From positions 1,200,001 through 1,232,000 of the forward strand of contig NZ_CP045650.1 of assembly GCF_009557235.1 (NCBI RefSeq): a stretch of 32,000 nt of DNA, given 5' to 3'. The position numbers were made by a program, and so were the translations under genes. Source of the stretch: Acinetobacter wanghuae. Lineage in GTDB: Bacteria; Pseudomonadota; Gammaproteobacteria; Pseudomonadales; Moraxellaceae. The notes under the pieces were generated by a model. That model was given only the letters and a program-made list of their open reading frames with translations, was not told the DNA's origin and did not search any database. Numbering within the stretch: position 1 is the stretch's first letter; each line of letters begins with the position of its first letter. Shown here in pieces: positions 9,866 to 18,685 of the stretch.

Positions 9866-11049
9866 GCGAACAACAAGAATTAAAGCGTTCAACCAAAGTC
9901 AAGTTTCAAGAGCCACCGTTACCCAAAGCCAGTCTGGTGATTTGGATTATTGGAATCGGTTTATTGGTCTTGCTGACATGGGCGTGGCTCTTTAAGCTTG
10001 AAGAAGTATCGACAGGTACAGGGAAAGTCATTCCATCATCAAAAGAGCAAACGATTCAGTCTTTAGAAGGCGGTATTTTAACCAAGCTGAATGTCAAAGA
10101 AGGTGAAATTGTTGAGCAAGGACAAATCTTGGCGCAACTTGATCCGACGCGTCTCGAGTCAAACGTGGGTGAGTCAGAATCATTGCTGATTTCATCTCGT
10201 GCAACGTCTGCGCGTTTAAAAGCCGAAGTAAACGGTACGCCTTTGGTGTTTCCACCAGAGGTGTTAAAAGACCCTAAATTGGTGGCAGAAGAAACCGCGT
10301 TGTATCAATCACGTCGTGCCAATTTAGAACAGTCTTTGGCAGGCTTAAAGCAAGCATTGGTTCTGGTCCAACAAGAATTGCAAATGACCGAGCCACTGGT
10401 TGCGAAAGGTGCAGCGAGCGAAGTTGAAGTACTACGTTTAAAGCGTCAAGCCAACGAACTCCATAATCAAATGAATGATATTCAAAATCAGTATTATGTC
10501 AAAGCGCGTGAAGAATTGTCGAAAGCGAATACAGATGTTGGTACACAACAACAAGTGGTACGTGGCAAGTCAGATACCTTAAGCCGTACTGTGTTTAAAT
10601 CACCGGTACGCGGTGTGGTAAAAGAAATCGATGTCATGACTTTAGGTGGTGTGATTCCACAAAACGGTAAGCTCATGACCATCGTCCCTTTAGATGAAAA
10701 GCTGTTAATTGAAGCGCGCATCTCACCACGTGATATTGCCTTTATTCGTCCGGGTCAAGAAGCTTTGGTTAAAATCACAGCTTATGATTATTCAATTTAT
10801 GGCGGTTTAACCGGTAAAGTGACGGTCATTTCACCCGATACTTTACGTGATGAAGTGAAGCAAGATCAGTTCTACTATCGTGCTTACATTCGTACCGATA
10901 GTGATAAATTGCAAAATAAAGCAGGTCAGGATTTCAATATTACACCGGGTATGGTGGCAACTGTTGATATTCGTACCGGTGAAAAAACCGTGTTAGATTA
11001 TTTGGTTAAACCATTTAATAAAGCCAAAGAAGCCTTACGAGAACGATAG
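9862..11049 (+). CDS. HlyD-family type I secretion membrane fusion (periplasmic adaptor) protein
   Basis: 395 aa. N-terminal TM anchor (LVIWIIGIGLLVLLTWAWLF), long coiled-coil region, C-terminal beta-barrel motif (TVDIRTGEKTVLDYLVKPF) typical of HlyD. ATGA overlap with the ABC gene. Confidence 0.9.
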   Translation: MSEQQELKRSTKVKFQEPPLPKASLVIWIIGIGLLVLLTWAWLFKLEEVSTGTGKVIPSSKEQTIQSLEGGILTKLNVKEGEIVEQGQILAQLDPTRLESNVGESESLLISSRATSARLKAEVNGTPLVFPPEVLKDPKLVAEETALYQSRRANLEQSLAGLKQALVLVQQELQMTEPLVAKGAASEVEVLRLKRQANELHNQMNDIQNQYYVKAREELSKANTDVGTQQQVVRGKSDTLSRTVFKSPVRGVVKEIDVMTLGGVIPQNGKLMTIVPLDEKLLIEARISPRDIAFIRPGQEALVKITAYDYSIYGGLTGKVTVISPDTLRDEVKQDQFYYRAYIRTDSDKLQNKAGQDFNITPGMVATVDIRTGEKTVLDYLVKPFNKAKEALRER

Positions 11050-11064
11050 ACTCGATTGTTGCTC

Positions 11065-11095
11065 AAAAAAGCCCCTCAGATCAGGGGCTTTTTTT
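11065..11095 (+). terminator. Rho-independent terminator of the T1SS operon
   Basis: A6, stem GCCCCT / AGGGGC with a 6-nt loop, then T7 (11089-11095). Confidence 0.75.
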
Positions 11096-11141
11096 GTATG
11101 TGCATCGAAAATAGGTATAATTTCAGATGATATTTTAATAT

Positions 11142-11750
11142 TTGATTTCAATGCCTTTTACCATCTCTCAGCTTGTTAGTTTCGAAGAAGACATTAAGAA
11201 AAGTCGTTTTCAAGCTTTTGCTACGCCTGTTGAAAATGAGCAAGAGGTGAAAGACTTTTTAGACGCCTATAAAGATGTATCCACCACGCATCAATGCTGG
11301 GCTTGGAAAATTGGTCAACAGCTACGTTTTAACGACGATGGAGAGCCTTCAGGCACAGCAGGTAGACCGATTCTAGCTACTATTGAAGGCAATGAGCTGA
11401 CCAATGTCTTGGTCTTGGTTAATCGTTGGTATGGCGGAATTAAACTCGGTACAGGCGGTTTGGTGCGTGCTTATGGCGGCTGTGCTGGACAATGTCTCAT
11501 GCTCGCAGAAAAAATTGAACTGATTGAAAAACAAAAAGTTCAGTTCTCATGCCTATTTAATGAATGGGCTATTTTTCAATATGAACTTAATCAACAGAGT
11601 ATTGAGTATCAAGAGCAATATCATGCAGAAGGAGTCGATGTGATTGCTCTGCTACAAAAACACCAGATTCCCGCCTTTGCACTCAAACTGCAAGACGTGA
11701 GTCGTGGTCGTGAAAAATTAAAAATAGTGGATGAGCAAGCCAATGACTGA
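11142..11750 (+). CDS. yigZ: IMPACT-family protein YigZ (UPF0029)
   Basis: 202 aa. Hallmark DDGEPSGTAGRPIL and NVLVLVNRWYGGIKLGTGGLVRAY motifs. The track start is TTG 11142; ATG 11151 is an alternative. Confidence 0.85.
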   Translation: MISMPFTISQLVSFEEDIKKSRFQAFATPVENEQEVKDFLDAYKDVSTTHQCWAWKIGQQLRFNDDGEPSGTAGRPILATIEGNELTNVLVLVNRWYGGIKLGTGGLVRAYGGCAGQCLMLAEKIELIEKQKVQFSCLFNEWAIFQYELNQQSIEYQEQYHAEGVDVIALLQKHQIPAFALKLQDVSRGREKLKIVDEQAND

Positions 11751-12360
11751 ATCTGATCCCTTATTCAAATATCGTGAGCAACATCAACATCGCTTAAATT
11801 ATATGCCTTGGCTGTATTGGTCGCTTAAACCCAAAAATCGTGTCTGGGCAGAAGCATGGCAGCAAGAGTATCAAGATTATTTACGTGAAATGGAAACGGT
11901 TGAGATTGGCGAAAATTGTTTTATTTCACCACTTGCGCATATTTTTGCTGAACCGGGTCGCAAGATCACGATTGGGGACAACTGCTTTATTGCGGCAGAT
12001 TGTACCTTGCATGGTCCATTAGAGATTGGCAATGAAGTTGCTATCAATCATCACTGTATTTTAGATGGTGGCCGCGTTGGGATTAAGTTGCATGATCAGG
12101 TCAGAATGGCTGCATATTGTCATTTGTATGCATTTGATCATGGTATGGTGCTTGATGAGCCGATCTATAAGCAACCTGTACGTTCAAAAGGCATCGAAAT
12201 TGGTCGTGATGTATGGTTAGGCGCGCATGTAGGCATTAAAGATGGGATTAAAATTGGCGATCAAGCGATTGTCGGTATGCACAGCATGGTGACCAAAGAT
12301 GTGGAAGAAAAAATGATTGTGGCGGGCAATCCAGCCAAATTTATTCGTTATCGAGATTAA
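11731..12360 (+). CDS. Hexapeptide-repeat (left-handed beta-helix) acyl/acetyltransferase
   Basis: 209 aa. Repeated [LIV]-G-x4 hexapeptides (IGDNCFIAADCTLHGPLEIGNEVAI, IGRDVWLGAHVGIKDGIKIGDQAIVG) and a GNPAK tail. The start overlaps the yigZ end (ATG 11731, or ATG 11743). Confidence 0.75.
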   Translation: MSKPMTESDPLFKYREQHQHRLNYMPWLYWSLKPKNRVWAEAWQQEYQDYLREMETVEIGENCFISPLAHIFAEPGRKITIGDNCFIAADCTLHGPLEIGNEVAINHHCILDGGRVGIKLHDQVRMAAYCHLYAFDHGMVLDEPIYKQPVRSKGIEIGRDVWLGAHVGIKDGIKIGDQAIVGMHSMVTKDVEEKMIVAGNPAKFIRYRD

Positions 12361-12639
12361 ATACTTCAGCATATGCGTTTTGATAAACTATACAGAGGTA
12401 ATCAGATTAGATTTCTGAGAAGATCAGTGCTGAGCTTGGGTCGGGTCAGACACGATGGTGTCTAAAAGAGTTGTTTTGTAGAGTCATCCAATATTCATTT
12501 TTCAAATCAAGAATTCAAAGTTTCAATACGCCATTCAACAACATAAATCAATTGAAGCACTACACATTTTAGTGCACATTTGCATGACCTTATGCTAAGT
12601 TAAAATAAGAATGACTACATTATAACTAGCGAGGCTCAC

Positions 12640-13482
12640 ATGAAACGTGTCATTGCCTGTATTGATTCTTCGCCATGCATAGATGCGTTGGCAGAAGCAG
12701 CTGCGTGGGTGGCGAAACAGACGCAGCGTGAACTTGTCCTTTTACAAGTATTGGATTATTACCCAGCCAGTTATCACTTAGGTGAAATTAGTGGTGTGAT
12801 TGGCTTTGAAAGTAATGCCATGTTGTTAAAAGAACTGGCGGAGCTTGAACAAAAGCAAAGTGAAATTGCGATAGATTATAGTAATAATTTGCTGAACCAT
12901 ATTTCAGCTAGAATTAAAGAAAATTATGGTTTAGATACGGTTCATATTCAAGAAAAAGGTGACTTTTTAGAACAAAGTTTTCAAATTCTAGAACCTGACG
13001 ATATTGTTGTGATTGGTCGCGTAGGGGAACGTTCTGCTGAAAAAAATAAACCAATGGGCACAAATGTTGAAAACTTCATTCGTGGTGCCAATTGTACCGT
13101 GATGACGGTCGGGGATCATTTCAAACCACCGACTCGGTTTATTTTTGCCTACGAATATTCTCCGACGTGTATCAAAATGATGAGACGTATTGCGCAGAGT
13201 GATTTGTTACGTTTATTACAGTGTCATTTGCTGTATGTGGGGGATCATAAAGAAATTTTGCAAGAACCTTTAAATTTTTTGACTACCGCAGGTTTAGACG
13301 TTGTTCCTGAATATCGTTATGGCGATGCTGCGGAAAATATTTTGTCTTATCAGCAAGAACATGGCATTCAATTGATTGTTTTAGGTGCATTTAGTCACAG
13401 TAAAATCCATCAATTCTTCTTGGGTAGTATTGCGACGACCATCTTCCGTAAGTCAAAAGTACCACTTTTGGTGGCGAAATAA
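12640..13482 (+). CDS. Tandem-domain universal stress protein (UspA family)
   Basis: 280 aa. Two USP-like halves; the C-terminal half ends with the ATP-binding-type motif LIVLGAFSHSKIHQFFLGSIATTIFRKSKVPLLV. Confidence 0.8.
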   Translation: MKRVIACIDSSPCIDALAEAAAWVAKQTQRELVLLQVLDYYPASYHLGEISGVIGFESNAMLLKELAELEQKQSEIAIDYSNNLLNHISARIKENYGLDTVHIQEKGDFLEQSFQILEPDDIVVIGRVGERSAEKNKPMGTNVENFIRGANCTVMTVGDHFKPPTRFIFAYEYSPTCIKMMRRIAQSDLLRLLQCHLLYVGDHKEILQEPLNFLTTAGLDVVPEYRYGDAAENILSYQQEHGIQLIVLGAFSHSKIHQFFLGSIATTIFRKSKVPLLVAK

Positions 13483-13532
13483 TTTTAGACAGTAGTTCGA
13501 TAAATATTGAAACATAATGGTTTAAAATTAAC

Positions 13533-13565
13533 CAGAGTTATCCTCATAAATTGTGGATAACTCTG
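13533..13565. terminator. Bidirectional hairpin between the convergent usp and O-methyltransferase genes
   Basis: Perfect 11-bp arms CAGAGTTATCC (13533-13543) / GGATAACTCTG (13555-13565), 11-nt loop. A T-rich tract follows on the plus strand, with A/T-rich sequence on the other side. Confidence 0.5.
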
Positions 13566-13634
13566 TGGTTATATTTTATAAGTTGTTGTAATTTTTATTA
13601 AATATAATATTGGGTGCTTTTTATACGAATGGGA

Positions 13635-14300
13635 TTATTTGACAATGGCGAGTGCAAAACCATCATGTCCTTTGCTGCCCACGGTTTGTAAAGCTGTACA
13701 AGAAAGAATCTGTGGGTGATTTTGCATCGCCACAAACATCTCTCGAATGCCTTCAATACTTGGTTTTTTATTGCTCTTATCAATGATGGCACCTGCACGG
13801 ATCACATTGTCTAAAAAGATGATTGTGCCAGAGTGAGACAGCTTTAAACTCAGTTCCAAATATTCAGGATAGCTTTGTTTATCGGCATCAATAAAAATAA
13901 AATCAAAGGCTTCAGTATCTTCAGGCAAATTTCTTAAGACGTCAGCTGCACGACCAACTTTAAGATCAACCTTTTGCTTTAATTGTGCACGATCAATATT
14001 TTCTTGACCCATTGCCGCATGCGTATCACGACCTTCAATCGTCAAAATATAACCATCATCAGGGAGGGCGCGCGCAAGCCACATGGTGCTATAAGCTGCA
14101 AATGTTCCAAGTTCAAGCACACGTTTGCATTGATTCATTTGAATCAGCATTTGCAATAACATGCCTTGATTTGGCGCGACCGCCAAATGATCAGGAAAAC
14201 CATGATTTTCGGTATTTTCTAAAGTTTGTTTTAGAATTTGATCTTCAGGAATTAAATGTGAATCGATGAAACTGTCAATGTCTGTCCACATTTGTTGCAT
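13635..14300 (-). CDS. Class I SAM-dependent O-methyltransferase (family 3, caffeoyl-CoA OMT-like)
   Basis: SAM motif VLELGTFAAYST, and DFIFIDADKQSYPEY typical of the metal-dependent OMT family. The track ORF (to 14381) adds 27 low-quality codons; ATG at 14300 (MQQMWTDIDSF) is the likely start. Confidence 0.85.
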   Translation of the reverse strand: MQQMWTDIDSFIDSHLIPEDQILKQTLENTENHGFPDHLAVAPNQGMLLQMLIQMNQCKRVLELGTFAAYSTMWLARALPDDGYILTIEGRDTHAAMGQENIDRAQLKQKVDLKVGRAADVLRNLPEDTEAFDFIFIDADKQSYPEYLELSLKLSHSGTIIFLDNVIRAGAIIDKSNKKPSIEGIREMFVAMQNHPQILSCTALQTVGSKGHDGFALAIVK

Positions 14301-14433
14301 AGCATAAGCACCTTTTTTTCGATGCGAGCATTTTAAACCTTTCTTCTCATTGCGCAATTTATTGTTGTATATGTGCAGCATTTTTAGGCATTACATCTGA
14401 ATTAAACGGCAGATGTAATGCCAGTGTATGTTG

Positions 14434-15156
14434 TTAGTAATGACACATTGAGCTGCGACGACTCAAATCGGGTCCCCAAGTACGATAACCTTGGGTATCA
14501 ATATGAATTTGACCGCTCGCATAAAGCCCTAAGCCCATATTCAAGCTTTGACCATGTTGCATCCAAAATTGGCAAAGTTTAAATTTGGTTCGTTCAATAT
14601 AGGCATAATCTTCAGCTTGTGGATAGGCAGGTCCGATTCGAAAATCAATCGCTGAGTTATATAAGTGACGAGATGAACTTGCACCACCAGCACATTGATT
14701 CAGCGGTAAATCACGATAGACCGAAGTCACTTCGAAGTCAGTGAGCACATTGGCAGCGACTAGGTATTTAAATACGCGTAAGGTCGGAATTTGATTCGCC
14801 CATAGTTCTTGATTTGGCACCATGTACTGTGAACGACCACATTTTTGCCAATCACGTGCGGTGCGCATCAATTCAAAACTTGGAATAATATTACCAACAC
14901 CATTGCGCTCTAGAAAAACTTCATACTCGCGCACACGTTTTAAATTTCCCAGTGACGTTGTCCAATTGGTATAAGCATAGGGCACTGTTTTCGGAAGAAT
15001 TTTTCGATCATATTGTACGGACTCTTGTGGAATAAAAATGCGTTTCCCATCAGGAGTGGTAATCGTCTGACCTTGTTTTTTGGGGCTTGATGAACATCCA
15101 ACTAAAACAAGAGGGATTACTAAGACAGTTAATAATCCCTTAAAAAAATGCTTCAT
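14434..15156 (-). CDS. Lipoprotein, peptidase M15-family (D-Ala-D-Ala carboxypeptidase-like zinc metallohydrolase)
   Basis: Signal peptide plus lipobox MKHFFKGLLTVLVIPLVLVG-C. Zinc motif H-x6-D (SRHLYNSAID) and a distal H (GQIHID), as in M15/VanY-like and YcbK-like peptidases. The track start at 15168 is a TTG; ATG 15156 is preferred. Confidence 0.72.
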   Translation of the reverse strand: MKHFFKGLLTVLVIPLVLVGCSSSPKKQGQTITTPDGKRIFIPQESVQYDRKILPKTVPYAYTNWTTSLGNLKRVREYEVFLERNGVGNIIPSFELMRTARDWQKCGRSQYMVPNQELWANQIPTLRVFKYLVAANVLTDFEVTSVYRDLPLNQCAGGASSSRHLYNSAIDFRIGPAYPQAEDYAYIERTKFKLCQFWMQHGQSLNMGLGLYASGQIHIDTQGYRTWGPDLSRRSSMCHY

Positions 15157-15250
15157 TATAGAAATCAATTATTTATACACTTTCGCCATTTTAATCTAAT
15201 TTTAGGGAGAAAAAGCGTAAATTTTGCAATGAAATGTGTAATGTTGGTAT

Positions 15251-15280
15251 AAAAAAAGATCAGGCTAAGCTGATCTTTTT
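15251..15280 (-). terminator. Rho-independent terminator of fdxA
   Basis: Stem AGATCAG (15257-15263) / CTGATCT (15270-15276), loop GCTAAG. On the minus strand it is followed by T7 (complement of A-run 15251-15257). Confidence 0.65.
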
Positions 15281-15293
15281 AAAACAGTCAAAA

Positions 15294-15617
15294 TTACTTT
15301 TCAAGATATTGTAATTTATCTGCTTTACCATTCCATTCTTCACGATCTGCAGGTTGATCGCCAATTTGTGTGATGTTCGGCCATGTTTGTGATAACTCAG
15401 CATTGAGTTCGATAAACACTTCTTGACCTTCAGGTAACTCATCTTCAGAGAAAATGGCATTTGCAGGACATTCAGGTTCACATAATGCACAGTCAATACA
15501 TTCGTCTGGATTAATTACAAGGAAGTTCGGACCTTCATAGAAACAATCTACAGGGCAAACTTCAACACAGTCTTGGTATTTACATTTGATACAGTTTTCA
15601 GTGACAACGAAGGTCAT
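15294..15617 (-). CDS. fdxA: 7Fe ferredoxin (Azotobacter-type, [3Fe-4S][4Fe-4S])
   Basis: 107 aa. [29 protein letters not shown] ... [12 protein letters not shown] cysteine pattern diagnostic of FdxA. The adjacent mutS matches the arrangement I recall in Pseudomonas. Confidence 0.93.
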   Translation of the reverse strand: MTFVVTENCIKCKYQDCVEVCPVDCFYEGPNFLVINPDECIDCALCEPECPANAIFSEDELPEGQEVFIELNAELSQTWPNITQIGDQPADREEWNGKADKLQYLEK

Positions 15618-15663
15618 GGCGACAGCTACCTAAAAATATGGTTCTAATTAACGAATAGCGTAT

Positions 15664-15809
15664 TTTAGGCAAAAATAGGGGTAACTAACAATTCCTTTTA
15701 TTGATATTTATTATATGCAGCACTGTTAATTTTAAAAAAAACAGTGCTTTTGGTCTAAATATCAATAAATGAGAATCATCATCAAATACCCTTAGTGTTT
15801 TTGCCTAAA
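15664..15809. repeat. Long nested imperfect palindrome (about 146 bp) in the fdxA-mutS intergenic region
   Basis: Three concentric perfectly complementary arm pairs: TTTAGGCAAAAA (15664-15675) / TTTTTGCCTAAA (15798-15809), extendable after a short bulge by TAGGGGTA (15676-15683) / TACCCTTA (15787-15794) with one G-T wobble; TTTATTGATATTTA (15697-15710) / TAAATATCAATAAA (15756-15769); AGCACTGTT (15719-15727) / AACAGTGCT (15740-15748). Confidence 0.6.
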
Positions 15810-15831
15810 TCTAATGATCGAAGACAGAGGA

Positions 15832-18453
15832 TTAAACCAAGTCTTTTAATGCATATAACTGCTGCAAGGCTTCACGCGGACTTAAATTATCAATATCCAA
15901 TGCATTCAGATAATCAAGCGCTGCAGATTTTTGCGGCACTTCAATCATTTTTTCAACAATTTGGACTTCAGGCTCAGCAAATAAATCATGCTGAACAGTT
16001 GGTGCTTTAGTTTGTCCTTGTTGTTTCTCTAAAATATTTAAACGTTTTTGCGCATCTAATATGACATTGCTTGGAATACCGGCTAATTTTGCGACTTGTA
16101 AACCATGACTTTGACTGGCAGGACCTTTTTGAACTTTATGCAACAAAATTAAATTGCCATTCAGTTCTTTTGCCGTGACATGATAGTTATCAATACCAAC
16201 TTCTTTATCCAGTTCAGTCAATTCAAAATAATGCGTGGCAAATAAACACAGACATTGAATACGTTTCGTCAGATCAAGCACACACGCCCAAGCCAAAGAT
16301 AGGCCATCATAAGTACTTGTGCCGCGCCCAACTTCATCCATCAGCACCAACGATTGACTTGTCGCATGATGCAAAATTTGCGATGTTTCAGTCATTTCGA
16401 CCATAAAGGTCGATTTACCCGTAGATAAATCATCGGCTGAACCAATACGGGTAAAGATGCGGTCAATAGGTCCAAGTGTCGCTGCTTGAGCAGGTACGAA
16501 TGATCCACTATAAGCCAATAGGGCAATGAGGGCTGTCTGACGCATGAAGGTCGATTTACCGCCCATATTAGGACCTGTAATAATCGCCATACGATGATTA
16601 AAGTCTAATGTCGTATCATTTGGTGTATAGGCGGTTTTATTTAAGGCTTCGACAACAGGATGTCGACCTGCTTGAATATGTACACCAATTTCTGGACTAA
16701 ATTTTGGACGCGACCAATTTTTTAAGCGCGCTTGATGGGCGAAGTTGCATAGGGTATCAATGTGTGCGATTGCGGCACTCATCATTTGTAGATTGGCAAT
16801 ATCTTCGCGTAGTTCATTTAATAATGCTTCAAACAACATTTTTTCACGGGCAAGAGCACGTGATTCACTTGACAGCACTTTATCTTCAAAAGATTTCAGC
16901 TCAGGCGTAATATAGCGTTCCGCATTTTTCAGGGTTTGACGACGAATATAGTGTTCAGGTGCTTGAGCGGCTTGTGCGCGTGATAATTCAATGTAATAAC
17001 CACTGACACGGTTATAACCAATTTTTAAGGTCGAAATGCCGCTTTGTTCGCGTTCTCTGATTTCAAGGTCAATCAGGAATTGACCTGCATGATCACGGAT
17101 TTGACGCAGTTCATCAAGTTCACTGTCAAAACCTTCAGCGATGACATTACCATCGCGCAACAACACGGGTGGATTTTCAACGATGGCTGCCATCAAATGC
17201 GCATGCAAACCATTAAAATCACCGAGTTCATCATTGAGTTGACTTATCAGCCTAGATTGATTGGTGCTCACAATCGGCTGTAATGCATGACGCAAAAATG
17301 GGATTTGTGCGCAGGCTTGACGCAGTTGTACCAAATCACGTGGTCGGGCGCTGCCCAGTGCAATTCGACTTAATACACGTTCAATATCGCTAATTTCTTT
17401 TAAGACCAAACGCACAGGTGACTCGTGGAAACCATCGAGTAGCGCTTGAATCGCATCTAAACGCTCATCAAGTAGTGCGGTGTCACGCAAGGGTTGCATC
17501 AGCGTACGACTCAGTAAGCGACCACCCATGGCAGTTTGGCAGTCATTCACCAATTGGAACAGCGACGTTCCATGCTCAAATAATGGGTCAATAATTTCTA
17601 AATTACGACGGGTCACTGGATCGAGTGCAATAAAGTCCGAACTTTGTTCGAGTTTAATACTGCGAATATGTGGTAAGGCGGTTTTTTGGGTTTCTTTGGC
17701 ATAATGAATCAGTGCTGCCGCAGCGGCTTTGGCTAACGGTAAATGATCAATACCAAAACCAGATAACGTGCTGACAGCAAACTGATCACACAGGGTTTTT
17801 TGCGCATTATTCAGATTAAAATCGACATTTGGGCGCTTGGTGATAGGAACATCGAGCTGTTGTTTTAAATGCTCAATAATATCGGTAGCGTTAATATTTT
17901 CATCTAGCACAATTTCGCTTGGCATCAGACGTGCCAATTCAATCGCAAGCTGATTTAAATCATATTTTTGCTGTTGAACTTTAAATATACCCGCACTTAA
18001 GTCGAGTAGTGCAACCCCAATTTGATCTTGATGAATACAGAGTGCTACCAAGTTTGAAGATTGATGCGCACCGAGCAAAGCATCATCCGTCAATGTTCCC
18101 GGTGTGATAATACGGACTACGCCACGTTCCACAGGACCTTTACCCGTCACTTCACCGAGTTGCTCGCAAATGACCACGGTTTCACCGCGTTTGACCAACC
18201 GTGCTAAATAGCCTTCTGCTGCATGATAAGGCAAACCCGCCATAGGAATAGGTTGACCATGCGCTTTGCCACGATGCGTTAGGGTAATGCCTAATATTTT
18301 CGCGGCTTTATGCGCGTCTTCGAAAAATAATTCGTAAAAATCACCCATGCGATAAAACATTAAGGAATCGGGATGCTGCATTTTTACGGACATGTATTGC
18401 TGCATCATAGGCGTTAATGAAGAGAGATCAGTCATCACTTCTGAACTGGTCAT
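15832..18453 (-). CDS. mutS: DNA mismatch repair protein MutS
   Basis: [12 protein letters not shown]-terminus, mismatch-binding [11 protein letters not shown], Walker [14 protein letters not shown]. The track ORF extends to 18522; ATG at 18453 ([20 protein letters not shown]) fits MutS N-termini better. Confidence 0.97.
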   Translation of the reverse strand: MTSSEVMTDLSSLTPMMQQYMSVKMQHPDSLMFYRMGDFYELFFEDAHKAAKILGITLTHRGKAHGQPIPMAGLPYHAAEGYLARLVKRGETVVICEQLGEVTGKGPVERGVVRIITPGTLTDDALLGAHQSSNLVALCIHQDQIGVALLDLSAGIFKVQQQKYDLNQLAIELARLMPSEIVLDENINATDIIEHLKQQLDVPITKRPNVDFNLNNAQKTLCDQFAVSTLSGFGIDHLPLAKAAAAALIHYAKETQKTALPHIRSIKLEQSSDFIALDPVTRRNLEIIDPLFEHGTSLFQLVNDCQTAMGGRLLSRTLMQPLRDTALLDERLDAIQALLDGFHESPVRLVLKEISDIERVLSRIALGSARPRDLVQLRQACAQIPFLRHALQPIVSTNQSRLISQLNDELGDFNGLHAHLMAAIVENPPVLLRDGNVIAEGFDSELDELRQIRDHAGQFLIDLEIREREQSGISTLKIGYNRVSGYYIELSRAQAAQAPEHYIRRQTLKNAERYITPELKSFEDKVLSSESRALAREKMLFEALLNELREDIANLQMMSAAIAHIDTLCNFAHQARLKNWSRPKFSPEIGVHIQAGRHPVVEALNKTAYTPNDTTLDFNHRMAIITGPNMGGKSTFMRQTALIALLAYSGSFVPAQAATLGPIDRIFTRIGSADDLSTGKSTFMVEMTETSQILHHATSQSLVLMDEVGRGTSTYDGLSLAWACVLDLTKRIQCLCLFATHYFELTELDKEVGIDNYHVTAKELNGNLILLHKVQKGPASQSHGLQVAKLAGIPSNVILDAQKRLNILEKQQGQTKAPTVQHDLFAEPEVQIVEKMIEVPQKSAALDYLNALDIDNLSPREALQQLYALKDLV

Positions 18454-18685
18454 TGAAAAAAAATCCTTAAATAAAGTGTCAAATGCGGTTGAAGATGGAA
18501 GCGTTTGGCAGCTCAATATCATTATGCTTTAAGCCTGCCATTTCACGCATCTACAGCATTCTTTGCCTTGAAAATATTACGTTCAGTCTAGCAAACTTCA
18601 TTTTTAGAAAGAAATGTTATTGAATTTTTCTGCTGTCATTCAATCCATTTGCAGGGAATTAGGCGATATTGAAAAAATTACTTTT

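Noticed and set aside
5667-10721. Short ORFs opposite or inside lptB and the T1SS genes (5667-5900, 5725-5910, 6410-6595, 6690-6878, 6865-7095, 7399-7674, 8437-8730, 9735-9995, 10494-10721)
   Set aside because: Shadow ORFs of long, well-supported genes. The R/S/P-rich or hydrophobic junk translations are typical of antisense frames.
13538-13560. DnaA boxes as a replication origin
   Set aside because: There are only two boxes, no adjacent AT-rich 13-mer unwinding element or box cluster, and the flanking genes are convergent rather than divergent. No dnaA/dnaN context.
13621-13631. XerC-like half site (minus strand CATTCGTATAA, resembling the ATTTCGTATAA arm of Acinetobacter dif/pdif sites) at the convergent gene junction
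   Set aside because: After a 6-nt spacer there is nothing resembling the XerD arm (TTATGTTAATT), so it is not a functional dif/pdif site on this evidence.
15260-16010. ORFs 15260-15496(-) and 15795-16010(+)
   Set aside because: The first is out of frame within fdxA and runs through its terminator. The second is antisense across the mutS 3' end. Neither has RBS or motif support.
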